Below are positions 28,246 through 38,823 of a stretch of DNA of 64,000 nt, piece by piece. Source of the DNA: an uncultured Spirochaetales bacterium (GTDB lineage Bacteria; Spirochaetota; Spirochaetia; Sphaerochaetales; Sphaerochaetaceae). The stretch's first letter is position 1. Every line of letters begins with the position of its first letter. Under the pieces are notes generated by a model. That model was not told the origin of the DNA. It saw only the letters and a list, made by a program, of their open reading frames with translations, and ran no database searches. The DNA lies in assembly GCA_934247875.1 (NCBI GenBank), contig CAKQJZ010000001.1, forward strand, positions 352 to 64,351, in the 5' to 3' direction. The position numbers were made by a program, and so were the translations under genes.

Positions 28246-29512
28246 TTGCTATTTCCTCTACTGCTTTCTTTGCAGCAGTTTCATCGACATATTGCGGTAA
28301 GAATACTCTGACTTTTCTTAAGTGCTTAGAGAATGCTTTGCTGACTCCACGTGTGAATATGAGCATATCCTCATCAAGCTCAGAGTTTGTGCCATCGCTT
28401 TTAGCTATCATAAGTGATGTCTCAAAGTTGATTGGCTCTGGAATATCTAGAATGACTTCATATTCCTTTAGATCGCTATATTTCTCTTTAAGCTTCAAGT
28501 AGAGTGCATCTTCAACTGCTTTGCGCTTTATAGGGTTAAGTGATTTTTTCTCAATTGTGCCATTCTCTGCAAAAGGGAAGGCTACCTTTTCTTTGAGTAT
28601 ATCTCCTTCTTTTACGCGTTTAACAAGTGAGAGTGCTTCACATTCTGCAGCTTTTTCTTCCATCAAAGAATTGAACTCATCATCATCTAGAAAATATAGC
28701 TCATCGAACTTGAGTTTATCCTGCAGCACTGCGCTTATCAAAGCTTTCTTTATCATAGCTGTTGCGCTTCTGACATCCTTATGCCAATAAAGAGTTCTAT
28801 ACATCATGTACTTTGAGAACAAGATTTCTTCAACAGAGCTTATTGCGTTCTCATCCAAAGCCAGCATTCCGTCGATTACCGAAAGCGAAGAGATTATATA
28901 AGCTGTGTCTTGCTTGCCATATGGGATGCCAGCAAAGAAGCCATCGCGAGAGAGGTAATCGAGCTTATCAGGGTCAAGAGTGCCAGAGAGAAGTGAGCGA
29001 TAGAACTGGATTTCATCGCTTGATGAGAGCATGTCCTTATCGATGATTGCTGCGACATATTCAGGATCTGCGCCTGTAGCTTTAACAGCTTTAAAAAGCT
29101 CTTCATCTTCTCTTATCAATATGCTTCCAAGCTCTTCATGTTCTTTGATAGCAATCTCTTTTAGTGAATGAGCATATGGAAAGTGGCCTATATCATGCAG
29201 AAGGCATGCAACTATGAATGATATGATGCCTGTCTCTGTTAGTGGCAGTGAATCACTCTTTCTTGATGCAGACAATAAGATTTCTCTTCCCAGGTGATAG
29301 ACTCCAATAGAGTGGCTTAATCTTGTATGAACAGCACCAGGATAAACAAGGTATGAAGGTCCATTCTGCTTGATTCTTGAAAGCTTCTCTACGCATTTAA
29401 CTGATAAGAGATCCTTTATCTCTTTTGTCATATAGACATTTTGCCAAAGAGGATCCTTGACTGTATGAGTAAAGCCTTTATTGAGTACTTCAAGTGCTTT
29501 TTGTCTTTCCAT
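28238..29512 (-). CDS. HD-domain phosphohydrolase (COG1078/SAMHD1-like dNTP triphosphohydrolase family)
   Basis: The motifs RLSHSIGV and LLHDIGHFPYAH are present. The length is 424 aa. Confidence 0.85.
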   Translation of the reverse strand: MERQKALEVLNKGFTHTVKDPLWQNVYMTKEIKDLLSVKCVEKLSRIKQNGPSYLVYPGAVHTRLSHSIGVYHLGREILLSASRKSDSLPLTETGIISFIVACLLHDIGHFPYAHSLKEIAIKEHEELGSILIREDEELFKAVKATGADPEYVAAIIDKDMLSSSDEIQFYRSLLSGTLDPDKLDYLSRDGFFAGIPYGKQDTAYIISSLSVIDGMLALDENAISSVEEILFSKYMMYRTLYWHKDVRSATAMIKKALISAVLQDKLKFDELYFLDDDEFNSLMEEKAAECEALSLVKRVKEGDILKEKVAFPFAENGTIEKKSLNPIKRKAVEDALYLKLKEKYSDLKEYEVILDIPEPINFETSLMIAKSDGTNSELDEDMLIFTRGVSKAFSKHLRKVRVFLPQYVDETAAKKAVEEIANE

Positions 29513-29560
29513 AAATAACCTCGATTGCTTAATTTATCATATTCCACGATAATCTAGAAC

Positions 29561-29932
29561 ATGAAGAGATTTATTCTGCTTTTTATGCTTTTAGCACTAT
29601 CATTATTCTTCTTAAGTTCTGCTGCTATCACATCCTCAAAAGGAACTCTTATTACAGATGTAGGAGAGGGGAGTGCTGAAGAATCTCTTCTTAAAGCCTT
29701 CTATTCTCCATTCAGTGAAGAATGGATTGAACAGTACGCAGAAGATGATACGCTACTTAAAAAATCTTACACTTCTTATTTAGCCTCAATCTTACCGCTT
29801 GAAAACATACTTCTTTTCAAAAAGGACGGCTTTTATGTCATCTACAGCCAAGAAAGCAAAGATGAAGTCGTCCTTTTATTAAAAGATAATAAAATCTCAG
29901 AGCTATATTTCCTCGAGTCTGGTAATCAATGA
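29561..29932 (+). CDS. small secreted hypothetical protein
   Basis: It has a signal peptide (MKRFILLFMLLALSLFFLSSA). Its 3' end overlaps the convergent pepF by 30 nt. Confidence 0.5.
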   Translation: MKRFILLFMLLALSLFFLSSAAITSSKGTLITDVGEGSAEESLLKAFYSPFSEEWIEQYAEDDTLLKKSYTSYLASILPLENILLFKKDGFYVIYSQESKDEVVLLLKDNKISELYFLESGNQ

Positions 29933-31654
29933 GTCAAAATACTCAATAGCCTTCTCAACAGGTTCTTGCTGAGACATATCTACGCCAGCTAGCTTCAGTG
30001 AATCCAGTGGGTACCGTGAACCGCCCGAAGATAGAAATGAGAGGTAATCGTTTTTTTCTTTTTCTCCACCGTTTAGCACTCGAAGTGAGAGCGCGATTGA
30101 GGCAGATATGCCTGTTGCGTACTTATAGCAATAGTAAGCTCTGTAGAAATGAGGAATTCTTAAGCACTCTAAATCGCTTACATCTTCTAGTTCCACGATT
30201 GGACCGAAGTAGAGCTCTTGTAGTTCTCTGTACATCGCTCTTATTAGTTCTAGAGTGAGGGGATTCCCCTCTTCTGCGGCTTGATGTGCTTTAAGCTCAA
30301 ACTCTGCAAACATAGTTTGTCTGAAAAGTGTTGCTACGATATCATCAAGGTGTTTTGAAATAAGGTATGCTTCCTCTTCTTTGCTTTTTGCATTATCAAG
30401 CATATAAGAGTGGAGCAGGTTTTCATTGAATGTCGAGGCAACCTCTGCTTCGAATATTGTGTAGTTGTAGCTTAAGAACGGATTGGAGCGAGTAGAGTAG
30501 TATGAGTGCATTGAGTGGCCACCCTCATGTATCAATGTAAATACAGATGAGAGCACATTATCTTCATAGTTTGTGAGAATATATGGTTTTCCAATATATC
30601 CGCCAGCACTGAACGCTCCACTTCTCTTGCCTTTGCGCTCATACCTGTCAACCCAGCGCTCGTCAGTTAGTCCGCTTATAAGAGTCTTTCTATATTCTTC
30701 TCCCAGTGGTACTAGTGCTTTATCTATGATCTTTACAGCCTCATCATACTTAATTGGCTCGCTTTTATAATCAATCATAGGGACATAAACATCATAGTGC
30801 TTGAGTTTTGTCTTATTCATGAGCTTTGCTCTTACTTCGTAGTACCGGTGTAGTGATTTGATATGCTCATGAACTGCATCTATAAGCGATGTGTAAACAC
30901 GCTCATCAATATTATCAGGGTATAGTGCTCTCTGAAGCGTTGAGCTGTAACCCCTTGCTTTGGAGAGAAATATATCTTTCTTGACACTACCTTCATACAA
31001 CTTTGCAATTAAGTGCTTAGAGTTATCAAATGCTTTGTAGTAGTTCTTATATGCAATCTTTCTTTCTTCTTCATCTTTGCTTATCATGTAGCGTGAGAAT
31101 AGTGAGTGAGTAAGTGGTTTACCGTTAACACTCTCAAATGAAAGGTCAATATTGTTAAGATCATTGAAAGCTTCTTGGAATGCTGAAGATAGAGGAGAGA
31201 ATAGAGATAGCAATCTCTCTTCATTATCTTTCAATATATGAGCTTTCTGTCGCCTTATATGTCTTATATAGACTTCGTATGGCTTGAATCTTTCTTCTTT
31301 TAAAGCGTTTTCAATATATTTATCATCTAATGCTACAAGCTCAGAGTCAAAGTAAGATGTCTCCTCAGCTACTTTTGCCTCAAGTGCGTTTGCTGCTCCA
31401 AATAGCTTTGCATTCTCTTCGTAGCTTCCATCTGCTGAGTACTTTAAGAATGCATAAGAACATATTCTCTCAAGCTCTTTGAATTCTTCTTCAATATAGG
31501 AAAAAGCTTCAAAGAGGGTATCTGGAGATTGGCTAAGTCTGTCTTTGAAGGCTTTAGCCTTGTCTAGGGTTGGCTTATAGCTTTCAACTGCGCTGTACCA
31601 CTCATCGTTGCTTTTGAAAAGTGACGATAGGTCCCAAGTTGTCTTATCTTCCAT
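29903..31654 (-). CDS. pepF: oligoendopeptidase F (M3B)
   Basis: The 583-aa ORF has the zinc motif HEGGHSMH and M3-family architecture. Confidence 0.92.
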   Translation of the reverse strand: MEDKTTWDLSSLFKSNDEWYSAVESYKPTLDKAKAFKDRLSQSPDTLFEAFSYIEEEFKELERICSYAFLKYSADGSYEENAKLFGAANALEAKVAEETSYFDSELVALDDKYIENALKEERFKPYEVYIRHIRRQKAHILKDNEERLLSLFSPLSSAFQEAFNDLNNIDLSFESVNGKPLTHSLFSRYMISKDEEERKIAYKNYYKAFDNSKHLIAKLYEGSVKKDIFLSKARGYSSTLQRALYPDNIDERVYTSLIDAVHEHIKSLHRYYEVRAKLMNKTKLKHYDVYVPMIDYKSEPIKYDEAVKIIDKALVPLGEEYRKTLISGLTDERWVDRYERKGKRSGAFSAGGYIGKPYILTNYEDNVLSSVFTLIHEGGHSMHSYYSTRSNPFLSYNYTIFEAEVASTFNENLLHSYMLDNAKSKEEEAYLISKHLDDIVATLFRQTMFAEFELKAHQAAEEGNPLTLELIRAMYRELQELYFGPIVELEDVSDLECLRIPHFYRAYYCYKYATGISASIALSLRVLNGGEKEKNDYLSFLSSGGSRYPLDSLKLAGVDMSQQEPVEKAIEYFDSLITRLEEI

Positions 31655-32243
31655 TCTCTTCCTCTTTGATAAGCTTCGCGATTATTCTTGCTGCTTTTCC
31701 TCTGTGGCTATATTTATCTTTCTCTCCCTCTTTGAGGTCTGCAGAGATGGATTTAGCTTCATCGATATAGAAGACAGGATCATAGCCAAAGCCTGTTGTG
31801 CCTGATGGTGCTAGTGCAATAGAGCCTATGCAATCTTCCTGGATTATATAGCGTCTAGTAGGGCTTAGTATCAAGCATAGCGCACAAACAAATCTTGCAC
31901 TTCTATCTTCTTTCCCCTTTAGGTTATCGAGCAGATACATGTACTTTTCTCTGTCAGAGAGCTTTCTTTTAAATACATCCTCTCCATAGCGCGCTGTATA
32001 TATGCCAGGTGCTCCTCCAAGTGCATTGACAACTAAGCCTGAGTCATCAGCTAGTACAGGTGCTTTTACAGTGTCATAAAGAGTTTCAGCTTTGATTATT
32101 GCATTCTCTATGAATGTCTTACCTGTCTCATCGGCATCAAATGCTATGTTTTCTTCTTTAGGCAGAACCAAATCAATTCCGCCTAAAAGTCTTGTCATTT
32201 CAATCTTCTTATGTTCGTTTCCAGATGCAAAATATAGTTTCAT
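31644..32243 (-). CDS. rdgB: non-canonical purine NTP pyrophosphatase (RdgB/HAM1)
   Basis: The motifs FASGNEHK, DDSGL and GFGYDPVF are present. Confidence 0.9.
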   Translation of the reverse strand: MKLYFASGNEHKKIEMTRLLGGIDLVLPKEENIAFDADETGKTFIENAIIKAETLYDTVKAPVLADDSGLVVNALGGAPGIYTARYGEDVFKRKLSDREKYMYLLDNLKGKEDRSARFVCALCLILSPTRRYIIQEDCIGSIALAPSGTTGFGYDPVFYIDEAKSISADLKEGEKDKYSHRGKAARIIAKLIKEEENGR

Positions 32244-32265
32244 GGATTCAGTATAACTACTTTAG

Positions 32266-33243
32266 CTACTTTTTTTCTGCAATCAGCTCGAGTTTTTTCT
32301 TAATTGCTTTAATGCTCTGAGAAACAGTGCCTTTTTTCATTTCGAGCATCTCTGAGATATCTGTTTGCGTCATTCCGTGATAGCTCTTTTTCAATGCTTC
32401 GACTCTTTGCTGCTGACAGCGATTTAGCTTATCTATGTGTTTTCTGATCTTTTGCTGCTCTTTGTCATCTCTAGTTGCAAGCAGCGTTCTATTGAGCTTG
32501 TTGATCAGAATCCAGTGCTTTGCGATGATTGATTGGGTCTTCAATCTTGCCTCATATGTTTTATCAAGTCTGTTGTGCTTATGTATGAAGAATTCAGCAA
32601 GTACTTTGTAGTCGACATCAAGGACTCTTGCGAGATTGCTTATCATGTTTTCGTCTTCTACTTGCGGAATGTATAGGAGGTATTGCAGAAAGTGCCTTCT
32701 TGCAGATCTGCGTTGAAGATAACGATGAAGCTCTTTCTCTTTTTCGTTGTTGCTTTCGAAGATTCCATCGTTTTCGCTTACTATATAGTCAAATAACTCT
32801 GGAAGTGTAAGCGCTTCTATGCCTTCGCGCTCTATTCCTTCATGTATTGGGTTTTTAGGTTCATTTAACTCGATATAGTAAGGAGCTTCTGTTTCTGAGA
32901 GGTATAATGAATCTTCAGCTAACTGGTGCTGTCTCATTTTTCTGAGTCTGCTGAGCAGCTTGAATCTGCATACTTGGGTTATGTAGCGATTGAATGTGAT
33001 TCCGCATACTCTGTAGCTCGAGATGATATCATCAACTTCACTCTGAGAGTCAATGAAGATATCTGCAGCGCTATCTGTAGATGCATAGAGATATCTGATA
33101 GGAATCTCATATAAAAGGAGATAGACTCTGCTGACTATCTCTTCTCTCATCTGCATTTTCTCTTCCCCATTAGGAAGTGAGTTGTACTTAGCAACTTTGA
33201 GTGAAAATGCCCGATCCTCTTCTTCTGTGTAATAATTAGTCAT
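32266..33243 (-). CDS. atypical sigma-70-family-like protein (sigma2-like N-terminus, long insertion, sigma4 HTH)
   Basis: The N-terminal part ...DDIISSYRVCGITFNRYITQVCRFKLLSRLRKMR resembles ECF region 2. The C-terminal HTH is HGMTQTDISEMLEMKKGTVSQSIKAIKKKL. The 325-aa length is far longer than a normal ECF sigma. Confidence 0.6.
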   Translation of the reverse strand: MTNYYTEEEDRAFSLKVAKYNSLPNGEEKMQMREEIVSRVYLLLYEIPIRYLYASTDSAADIFIDSQSEVDDIISSYRVCGITFNRYITQVCRFKLLSRLRKMRQHQLAEDSLYLSETEAPYYIELNEPKNPIHEGIEREGIEALTLPELFDYIVSENDGIFESNNEKEKELHRYLQRRSARRHFLQYLLYIPQVEDENMISNLARVLDVDYKVLAEFFIHKHNRLDKTYEARLKTQSIIAKHWILINKLNRTLLATRDDKEQQKIRKHIDKLNRCQQQRVEALKKSYHGMTQTDISEMLEMKKGTVSQSIKAIKKKLELIAEKK

Positions 33244-33293
33244 TTATCCCACCTCAATACATACAAGCAAGAAGTGTGCCAAATGAAATAAAA

Positions 33294-34271
33294 CTATAAG
33301 ATAGAAGCAAATAGAGCGAGCACTTTTTCTTTGCACTCGTCAAGTGGTAATTTTAGGGAAGCTCCAGAAGCTAGTTTATGGCCACCGCCTCCGATTAAAG
33401 ATGCAATCTCTCCAACATCGAGTCCTGAGTCTTTTTTAGCTCTGAATCCAACGTCGACTACATCTTCTTTTTCTTTGAAGAATACAACTGCTTTGACGCC
33501 GCTTATTTTGAGTAGCTCTGCATATAGATTGTCTGAAAGTCCTGCTGTTTCTATTTCTTTCCTCTGGTATGCAACTAAGAGCTTTCCCTCATAATATGTC
33601 TCAGTGCTTTCAAGTACCTTTGCACCATTTAATACATCTTCAAATGCCTTTCCATCGTTCATCTTATCATACATGTCATATGGATCGACTCCGGCTTTTG
33701 CGAACTCAGCAGCTCTTTTGAAGACCTCTTCTCCAACACGCTGAGATATGAAATGGAAGAATCCTGTATCTGTCAGAAGTCCTATATATAGATAAGTTGC
33801 AATCTCTTTATCTAGCTCAACAGATAAGCTCTCTCTAAGCACATCAACCAAGAGTGTAGTAGAAGGGGAGAATGGCACTATATAAGATAGTTCCTCTTTG
33901 CAGAAAGCTTCGCCTGAGCTGTGATGGTCGATTACAACACGCTCTAAGTGATTGATTGATTTGAAGATTTCTCCAGGTCTGTCTATAGTAGAGCAATCTA
34001 CTACAATAACAAGCGGTTTTCTGCTTAGAAACTCTGGATTGATTTCAGTTTTGACTTTATCGCTTAAGAACTTAAGCTCTGGGCGATGGAAAGGTCCATC
34101 GCTGATAGCAAGTGTATTCTTGTTGAGTTTCTTTAGAATAGCTTCAACAGCTAATGTTGAAGATAAACAATCCCCATCAGGGTTCTTATGCCCAATGATG
34201 AGGATGTCATTATAGCTCTTGATTTTATCAAGAAGCGCTTCATTAATTGATGGAAAGATAGTGTCCTTCAC
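33294..34271 (-). CDS. nrnA: DHH/DHHA1 phosphoesterase (NrnA-type oligoribonuclease/pAp phosphatase)
   Basis: The motifs [17 protein letters not shown] and GGGGH are present. Confidence 0.85.
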   Translation of the reverse strand: MKDTIFPSINEALLDKIKSYNDILIIGHKNPDGDCLSSTLAVEAILKKLNKNTLAISDGPFHRPELKFLSDKVKTEINPEFLSRKPLVIVVDCSTIDRPGEIFKSINHLERVVIDHHSSGEAFCKEELSYIVPFSPSTTLLVDVLRESLSVELDKEIATYLYIGLLTDTGFFHFISQRVGEEVFKRAAEFAKAGVDPYDMYDKMNDGKAFEDVLNGAKVLESTETYYEGKLLVAYQRKEIETAGLSDNLYAELLKISGVKAVVFFKEKEDVVDVGFRAKKDSGLDVGEIASLIGGGGHKLASGASLKLPLDECKEKVLALFASIL

Positions 34272-35493
34272 TAGATATTACCTTAGGATTAGTATGATTC
34301 TGGACGCATTCTTTATCTACGATTACTTCTTCAGCACCTTTAATAGATGGAATGTCGAATGAGATATTCAACATCAGATTCTCAATGATGCTTCTAAGTC
34401 CTCTAGCTCCAGTCTTCTGCTCAAATGCAACTTTAGCAATCTCTTCAATAGCTTCATCTGTGAATGTCAGCTTAACTCCATCTAGCTTGAATGTAGCAAT
34501 GTACTGCTTGATGATTGAGTTCTTTGGCTCTGTGAGAATACGTTTTAGATCATCGATTTTCAGGTTGTTTAGTGTTGTGATTATAGGAAGACGACCAATG
34601 AATTCAGGAATAAGACCGAACTTTACAAGATCCTCTGGTGAGATTTCCTTATAAAGATTTGAGAGATCCTTCTCTTCTTTATCTATAATGTTTGCACCAA
34701 ATCCCATTCCAGCAACTGCTGTACGCTTCTCGATGATCTTATCGAGTCCTACAAATGCGCCACCGCAAATGAATAGGATATCTTTAGTGTTGATCTTGAG
34801 CATTTCCTGGTTAGGGTGCTTTCTTCCTCCCTGAGGTGGAACAGATGCAACTGTGCCTTCGATAATCTTCAAGAGAGCCTGCTGTACGCCTTCTCCAGAT
34901 ACATCTCTGGTTATTGATACATTTTCGCCTTTCTTTCCAATCTTATCGATTTCATCGATGAAGACGATTCCTTTCTCTGCACGCTTGATATCATAATCAG
35001 CTGACTCAATAAGCTTAAGCAGTATATTCTCAACATCTTCTCCGACGTAGCCTGCCTCTGTAAGAGTTGTAGCATCTGCGATTGCAAATGGTACATTGAG
35101 CTTATTAGCAAGTGTTCTTGCAAGGAGTGTCTTACCAGTTCCAGTTGGACCGATAACGAGGATGTTTGATTTATCAAGCTCTACGCCCATCTCTTTGACC
35201 TGTGCTTTGAACTTGATGCGCTTATAGTGGTTATGTACAGCTACAGATAGTACTTTCTTAGCCTCTTCCTGTCCGATTACATATTGATCAAGGTAATCTT
35301 TAAGCTCCTGTGGAGTAGGGATTACCATTGAATCAAAATCTGAAGAGTCATCTGAATCATTATCCTGCTTGATTATATCAAAACAGGTCCTGATGCAATC
35401 TTCGCAGATTGCAACACCTGGGCCTGTTACAAGTTTGACTGTGCCATCTAATGGACGGCCACAGAAGGAACAGTATTTAGAACCTCTAGCCAT
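34243..35493 (-). CDS. clpX: ATP-dependent Clp protease ATP-binding subunit ClpX
   Basis: It has an N-terminal zinc ribbon (CSFCGR...CEDC), the Walker A motif GPTGTGKT and the IGF-like loop LIPEFIGR. Confidence 0.97.
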   Translation of the reverse strand: MARGSKYCSFCGRPLDGTVKLVTGPGVAICEDCIRTCFDIIKQDNDSDDSSDFDSMVIPTPQELKDYLDQYVIGQEEAKKVLSVAVHNHYKRIKFKAQVKEMGVELDKSNILVIGPTGTGKTLLARTLANKLNVPFAIADATTLTEAGYVGEDVENILLKLIESADYDIKRAEKGIVFIDEIDKIGKKGENVSITRDVSGEGVQQALLKIIEGTVASVPPQGGRKHPNQEMLKINTKDILFICGGAFVGLDKIIEKRTAVAGMGFGANIIDKEEKDLSNLYKEISPEDLVKFGLIPEFIGRLPIITTLNNLKIDDLKRILTEPKNSIIKQYIATFKLDGVKLTFTDEAIEEIAKVAFEQKTGARGLRSIIENLMLNISFDIPSIKGAEEVIVDKECVQNHTNPKVISSEGHYLSIN

Positions 35494-35494
35494 A

Positions 35495-36079
35495 TTATTT
35501 CTTCTTTATGATTTTATCTACAATGCCAAAGCTAACAGCTTCATCTGCGCTTAAGTAGCAGTCTCTCTGTATAGCTTTATTGATCTCTTCAACGCTCTTA
35601 TTGCAGTTGCTTGCAAGGATATCTGATGTGATTGCCTTGATTCTGCTTATCTCTTTAGCAGAAATGAGCACATCTGATGTCTGGCCTGAAAGCTTGCCAA
35701 GTGGCTGATGTATCATGACTCTAGCGTGAGGGAGGATTGATCTCATGCCTTTCTCTCCGCCAGATAGGATAATAGAAGCCATAGATGCGCACATGCCAAT
35801 GCAGATTGTATTGATTGGGCATGAAACATATTGCATTGTGTCATAGATTGCAAGCCCTGCAGACACGCTGCCTCCAGGACTGTTGATATATAGATTTATA
35901 GGCTTCTTAGGGTCTACGCTTTCAAGATAAATCATCTGCGCAACAACTAAGTCTGCGTTTGCATCTCTGATTTCCCCGTCAAGGAAGATGATTCTATCTT
36001 CCAAAAGACGGGAATAAATGTCATATTGCCTCTCTCCTGTTCCTGTCTGTGAAACTACATAAGGAACAAGATTGTTCAT
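35495..36079 (-). CDS. clpP: ATP-dependent Clp protease proteolytic subunit ClpP
   Basis: The motifs [26 protein letters not shown] (catalytic Ser) and MIHQP (His) are present. The start was set at MNNLVPYVV. The longer track ORF would overlap tig. An upstream TTG at 36094 is also possible. Confidence 0.93.
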   Translation of the reverse strand: MNNLVPYVVSQTGTGERQYDIYSRLLEDRIIFLDGEIRDANADLVVAQMIYLESVDPKKPINLYINSPGGSVSAGLAIYDTMQYVSCPINTICIGMCASMASIILSGGEKGMRSILPHARVMIHQPLGKLSGQTSDVLISAKEISRIKAITSDILASNCNKSVEEINKAIQRDCYLSADEAVSFGIVDKIIKKK

Positions 36080-36110
36080 TTTTGGCTCTGTCAAAAGAAA
36101 CTCCTGATAA

Positions 36111-37397
36111 TTAGTTTTCTTTAGCTTCTGTGAATGTGTTCTTCTCAAGAAGAAATGGGATTACCATAGCGAACTGCTTCTCATCTTTGAGCATGTTCTT
36201 ATAGTACTCTTTAGTATTCTCATCCTCGATGTTCTTGAGCTTCTCTTCACACTCTTTGTTGAACTCTTCTTCGTTAAGAGCAAAGTTCTCTTTGTTCTTG
36301 ATTGCCTCAAGAATCAGCTGGCCTTTTAGATCCTTGATTGCAGTCTCTTTCCAAGTCTCCATGATAGATTCCTTGGTCTGGTTCTGCATCTTGAAGAATC
36401 CCATGAGCTGCTGCTCTGGAAGACCAGAATTCTGAACAAAGTTCTTCCAGTTCTGCTCAAGCTGGAAGTTAACCATGCTCTCTGGGACTGAGACTTTGCT
36501 CTCTTCGATAAGCTTCTCGATGATAGCTTCAGTCTTAGCGTTCTTATTCTCTTCTTCAGCTTTCTCTTCGAGGTTCTTTCTGATGCCGTTTTCCATATCA
36601 GAAACTGTCTTATACTCTTCCTTAACGTCCTGAGCAAAGTCATCGTCAATCTCTGGAAGCTCTCTCATCTTGAGGTTAGTGAGCTCAACAGAAAGCTTAA
36701 CATGTCTATCATCTACGTCTTTCTCGATTACTTTCTCATCTCCGCTCTTCATGCCGATTACATCGTCGTCAATCTTATAGAAGTTGTAGCCTGAACCGAT
36801 AGTGAATGTGAAATCTTCTCTCTCTGTATTCTCGATTTCATTTCCTTCTTCATCAAGCTCAACGTAATTAACTGTTGCGATGTCGTCTTTAGCTGCTTCG
36901 CCGTCTTTAGCTACTACGAGGCTGTTCTGCTCTCTGAGCTTCTCAATCTCAGCCTTAACATCCTCATCGCTTACGCTCTTTGACTTTACTTCTACAGATA
37001 GACCTGTGTATGAAGGAAGCTCGAACTTAGGCATTACGTCATAGTGAACTGTGAATGTGATATTCTCATCCTTCTTGAATGGGAGAAGCTTCTCTTCATC
37101 CTGCAATACAGGTGTTGAGTATGGAAGTGGCTTCTTATCATCCTCAATGTCTTTTAGAACATCCTGAAGTGTGTTCTCCATGCAATCAAATGTTGCTTCT
37201 TCTCTAATGCCTTCGCCATACTTTCTCTCAACGATTGATGATGGAACTTTGCCTTTTCTGAATCCATCAACCTGCAGATTAGCAGCGTACTTCTTCAATC
37301 TTTCTTGATAAGCTTTCTCAATAGATGCAGCGTCAACTGTGATGGTAAGTGCAATCTGGGAATTCTCCAGCTCTTTTACACTCTTTTCAACTACCAT
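36111..37397 (-). CDS. tig: trigger factor
   Basis: The 428-aa ORF has the N-terminal ribosome-binding motif GFRKGKVP and an FKBP-like middle domain. The gene order is tig-clpP-clpX. Confidence 0.93.
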   Translation of the reverse strand: MVVEKSVKELENSQIALTITVDAASIEKAYQERLKKYAANLQVDGFRKGKVPSSIVERKYGEGIREEATFDCMENTLQDVLKDIEDDKKPLPYSTPVLQDEEKLLPFKKDENITFTVHYDVMPKFELPSYTGLSVEVKSKSVSDEDVKAEIEKLREQNSLVVAKDGEAAKDDIATVNYVELDEEGNEIENTEREDFTFTIGSGYNFYKIDDDVIGMKSGDEKVIEKDVDDRHVKLSVELTNLKMRELPEIDDDFAQDVKEEYKTVSDMENGIRKNLEEKAEEENKNAKTEAIIEKLIEESKVSVPESMVNFQLEQNWKNFVQNSGLPEQQLMGFFKMQNQTKESIMETWKETAIKDLKGQLILEAIKNKENFALNEEEFNKECEEKLKNIEDENTKEYYKNMLKDEKQFAMVIPFLLEKNTFTEAKEN

Positions 37398-37603
37398 AAT
37401 GACCTTCCTTTATAAAATTATGTTTGATTTTTTTCTCTTAACTGTCTAAATATACTCATTTCTATTTTGTTTGTACATAGGTGGTTTCAGTCCTATTTTT
37501 GTCCAAATTTACATATTTTTCATTTTTCGACAAACAATCTACACAATTCCTTTTATTTATAGACATATTCATTTATTACCATTTAGCCCATAAGGAGATT
37601 ATC

Positions 37604-38740
37604 ATGAAAAGAAAATTTTTGATTCTTATATCTACATTGCTTTTAGCTACAGGTCTTCTGTTTGCAGGAGATGCAGCTTCCAGCTACAATCTTTTCTCTT
37701 CTTCCTTAAGTGAACCAGAGAAAGCTATCAGCTACTATGAGGATGCTTTGAAGAGCGCAGAGAAGGAGAGCAAGAAGCTCAAGAAGAGTTTAGATAAGGC
37801 AATTAACGCAAGAAACAGTGCTAAAGCCAATGAAGCTTATAGCAAGCTTGTTGCTTTGAATTCCTACAAGATAACAAAGGAGCAAAGCGATGAGCTACTG
37901 GCTTCTATCATTAAGAATGGTTCAAATGCTGAGAGCTTGAAGTGGCTATATGAGAATAGCATCTATTACAATCCATTGCTAACTCTTTCTTATAGCTTCA
38001 ATAGCGGCAATAGAGTCGTATATAAGACAAAGTCAGTTTCTCTGACACCAGGGGAGACTATTACGCTTCCTAATGCAGATGAGATGGCTTCATCAAGCGG
38101 TGTGTTTGCAGGCTGGGGAGTAGTTGAGGGTACTGTTGCTTATCAGCCAGGCGAGACTATCGAGGCACCTGTTACTAGTCAGACGCTTTATGCAGTATAT
38201 AAGAATGCACTTTCATTTACAGATTCAGTCACAGGTTTTTCAAAGGTGATTGAAGATGTCAAAGAGGGTGACTCTGTAGAAGTTCCAGCTCTGACAAGTG
38301 AAGATAAATCACTTTATTTTGAAGGCTGGGTAAATAACAGTGGCAGCTATATCGCAAGTGACGATGGATCATACACAGTTGAAGGCAGCGGATCTTCATT
38401 CACTGCGCTTTGGGATAAAGCGGAAATAGAGAATATTGCGCTTAACTACTATGACCTTGACAATCTGAAAGCTAATACTCAGGCATCTTTAGGCTTTGCT
38501 CTGAAAAACAGTGGAACTGAGACTCTTAAGAATCTGAGTGTAAAGCTTGAATCTAATGATGAAAGCGTGGCTATTTTAAAAGATAAAGCTTATCTTCCAT
38601 CTCTCAGAGTTGGGTCTTCAGTTGCTTTTGAAGGTTTTACTCTTGTTGGAACAAAACCTGGCACATATACTCTTACTTTGACAGTAGAGGATGGAGAAGA
38701 GCATATCTGGGCTCAGAACTTCAGCTTAACTGTAAAATAG
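37604..38740 (+). CDS. secreted protein with Listeria-Bacteroides (InlB B-repeat-like) repeats
   Basis: There is a signal peptide (MKRKFLILISTLLLATGLLFA) and two repeats of the type F(A/E)GW...Y.PGE...LYA(V/L)(Y/W). An AAGGAG RBS precedes the ATG at 37604. Confidence 0.7.
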   Translation: MKRKFLILISTLLLATGLLFAGDAASSYNLFSSSLSEPEKAISYYEDALKSAEKESKKLKKSLDKAINARNSAKANEAYSKLVALNSYKITKEQSDELLASIIKNGSNAESLKWLYENSIYYNPLLTLSYSFNSGNRVVYKTKSVSLTPGETITLPNADEMASSSGVFAGWGVVEGTVAYQPGETIEAPVTSQTLYAVYKNALSFTDSVTGFSKVIEDVKEGDSVEVPALTSEDKSLYFEGWVNNSGSYIASDDGSYTVEGSGSSFTALWDKAEIENIALNYYDLDNLKANTQASLGFALKNSGTETLKNLSVKLESNDESVAILKDKAYLPSLRVGSSVAFEGFTLVGTKPGTYTLTLTVEDGEEHIWAQNFSLTVK

Positions 38741-38766
38741 TCAAATAATTATAAAAAACTGATTAG

Positions 38767-38795
38767 CCGGACATTTTGTGTCCGGTTATTTGTTT
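38767..38795 (+). terminator. rho-independent terminator
   Basis: A stem pairs CCGGACA (38767-38773) with TGTCCGG (38779-38785), followed by TTATTTGTTT. Confidence 0.65.
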
Positions 38796-38823
38796 AACAT
38801 GGTCTTATATAAGGAATAAAGCC

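Noticed and set aside
36326-36649. A 107-aa alternative-frame minus-strand ORF lies within tig.
   Set aside because: It is an Arg/Ser/Lys-rich frame artefact of a Glu/Lys-rich gene. Trigger factor occupies the locus.
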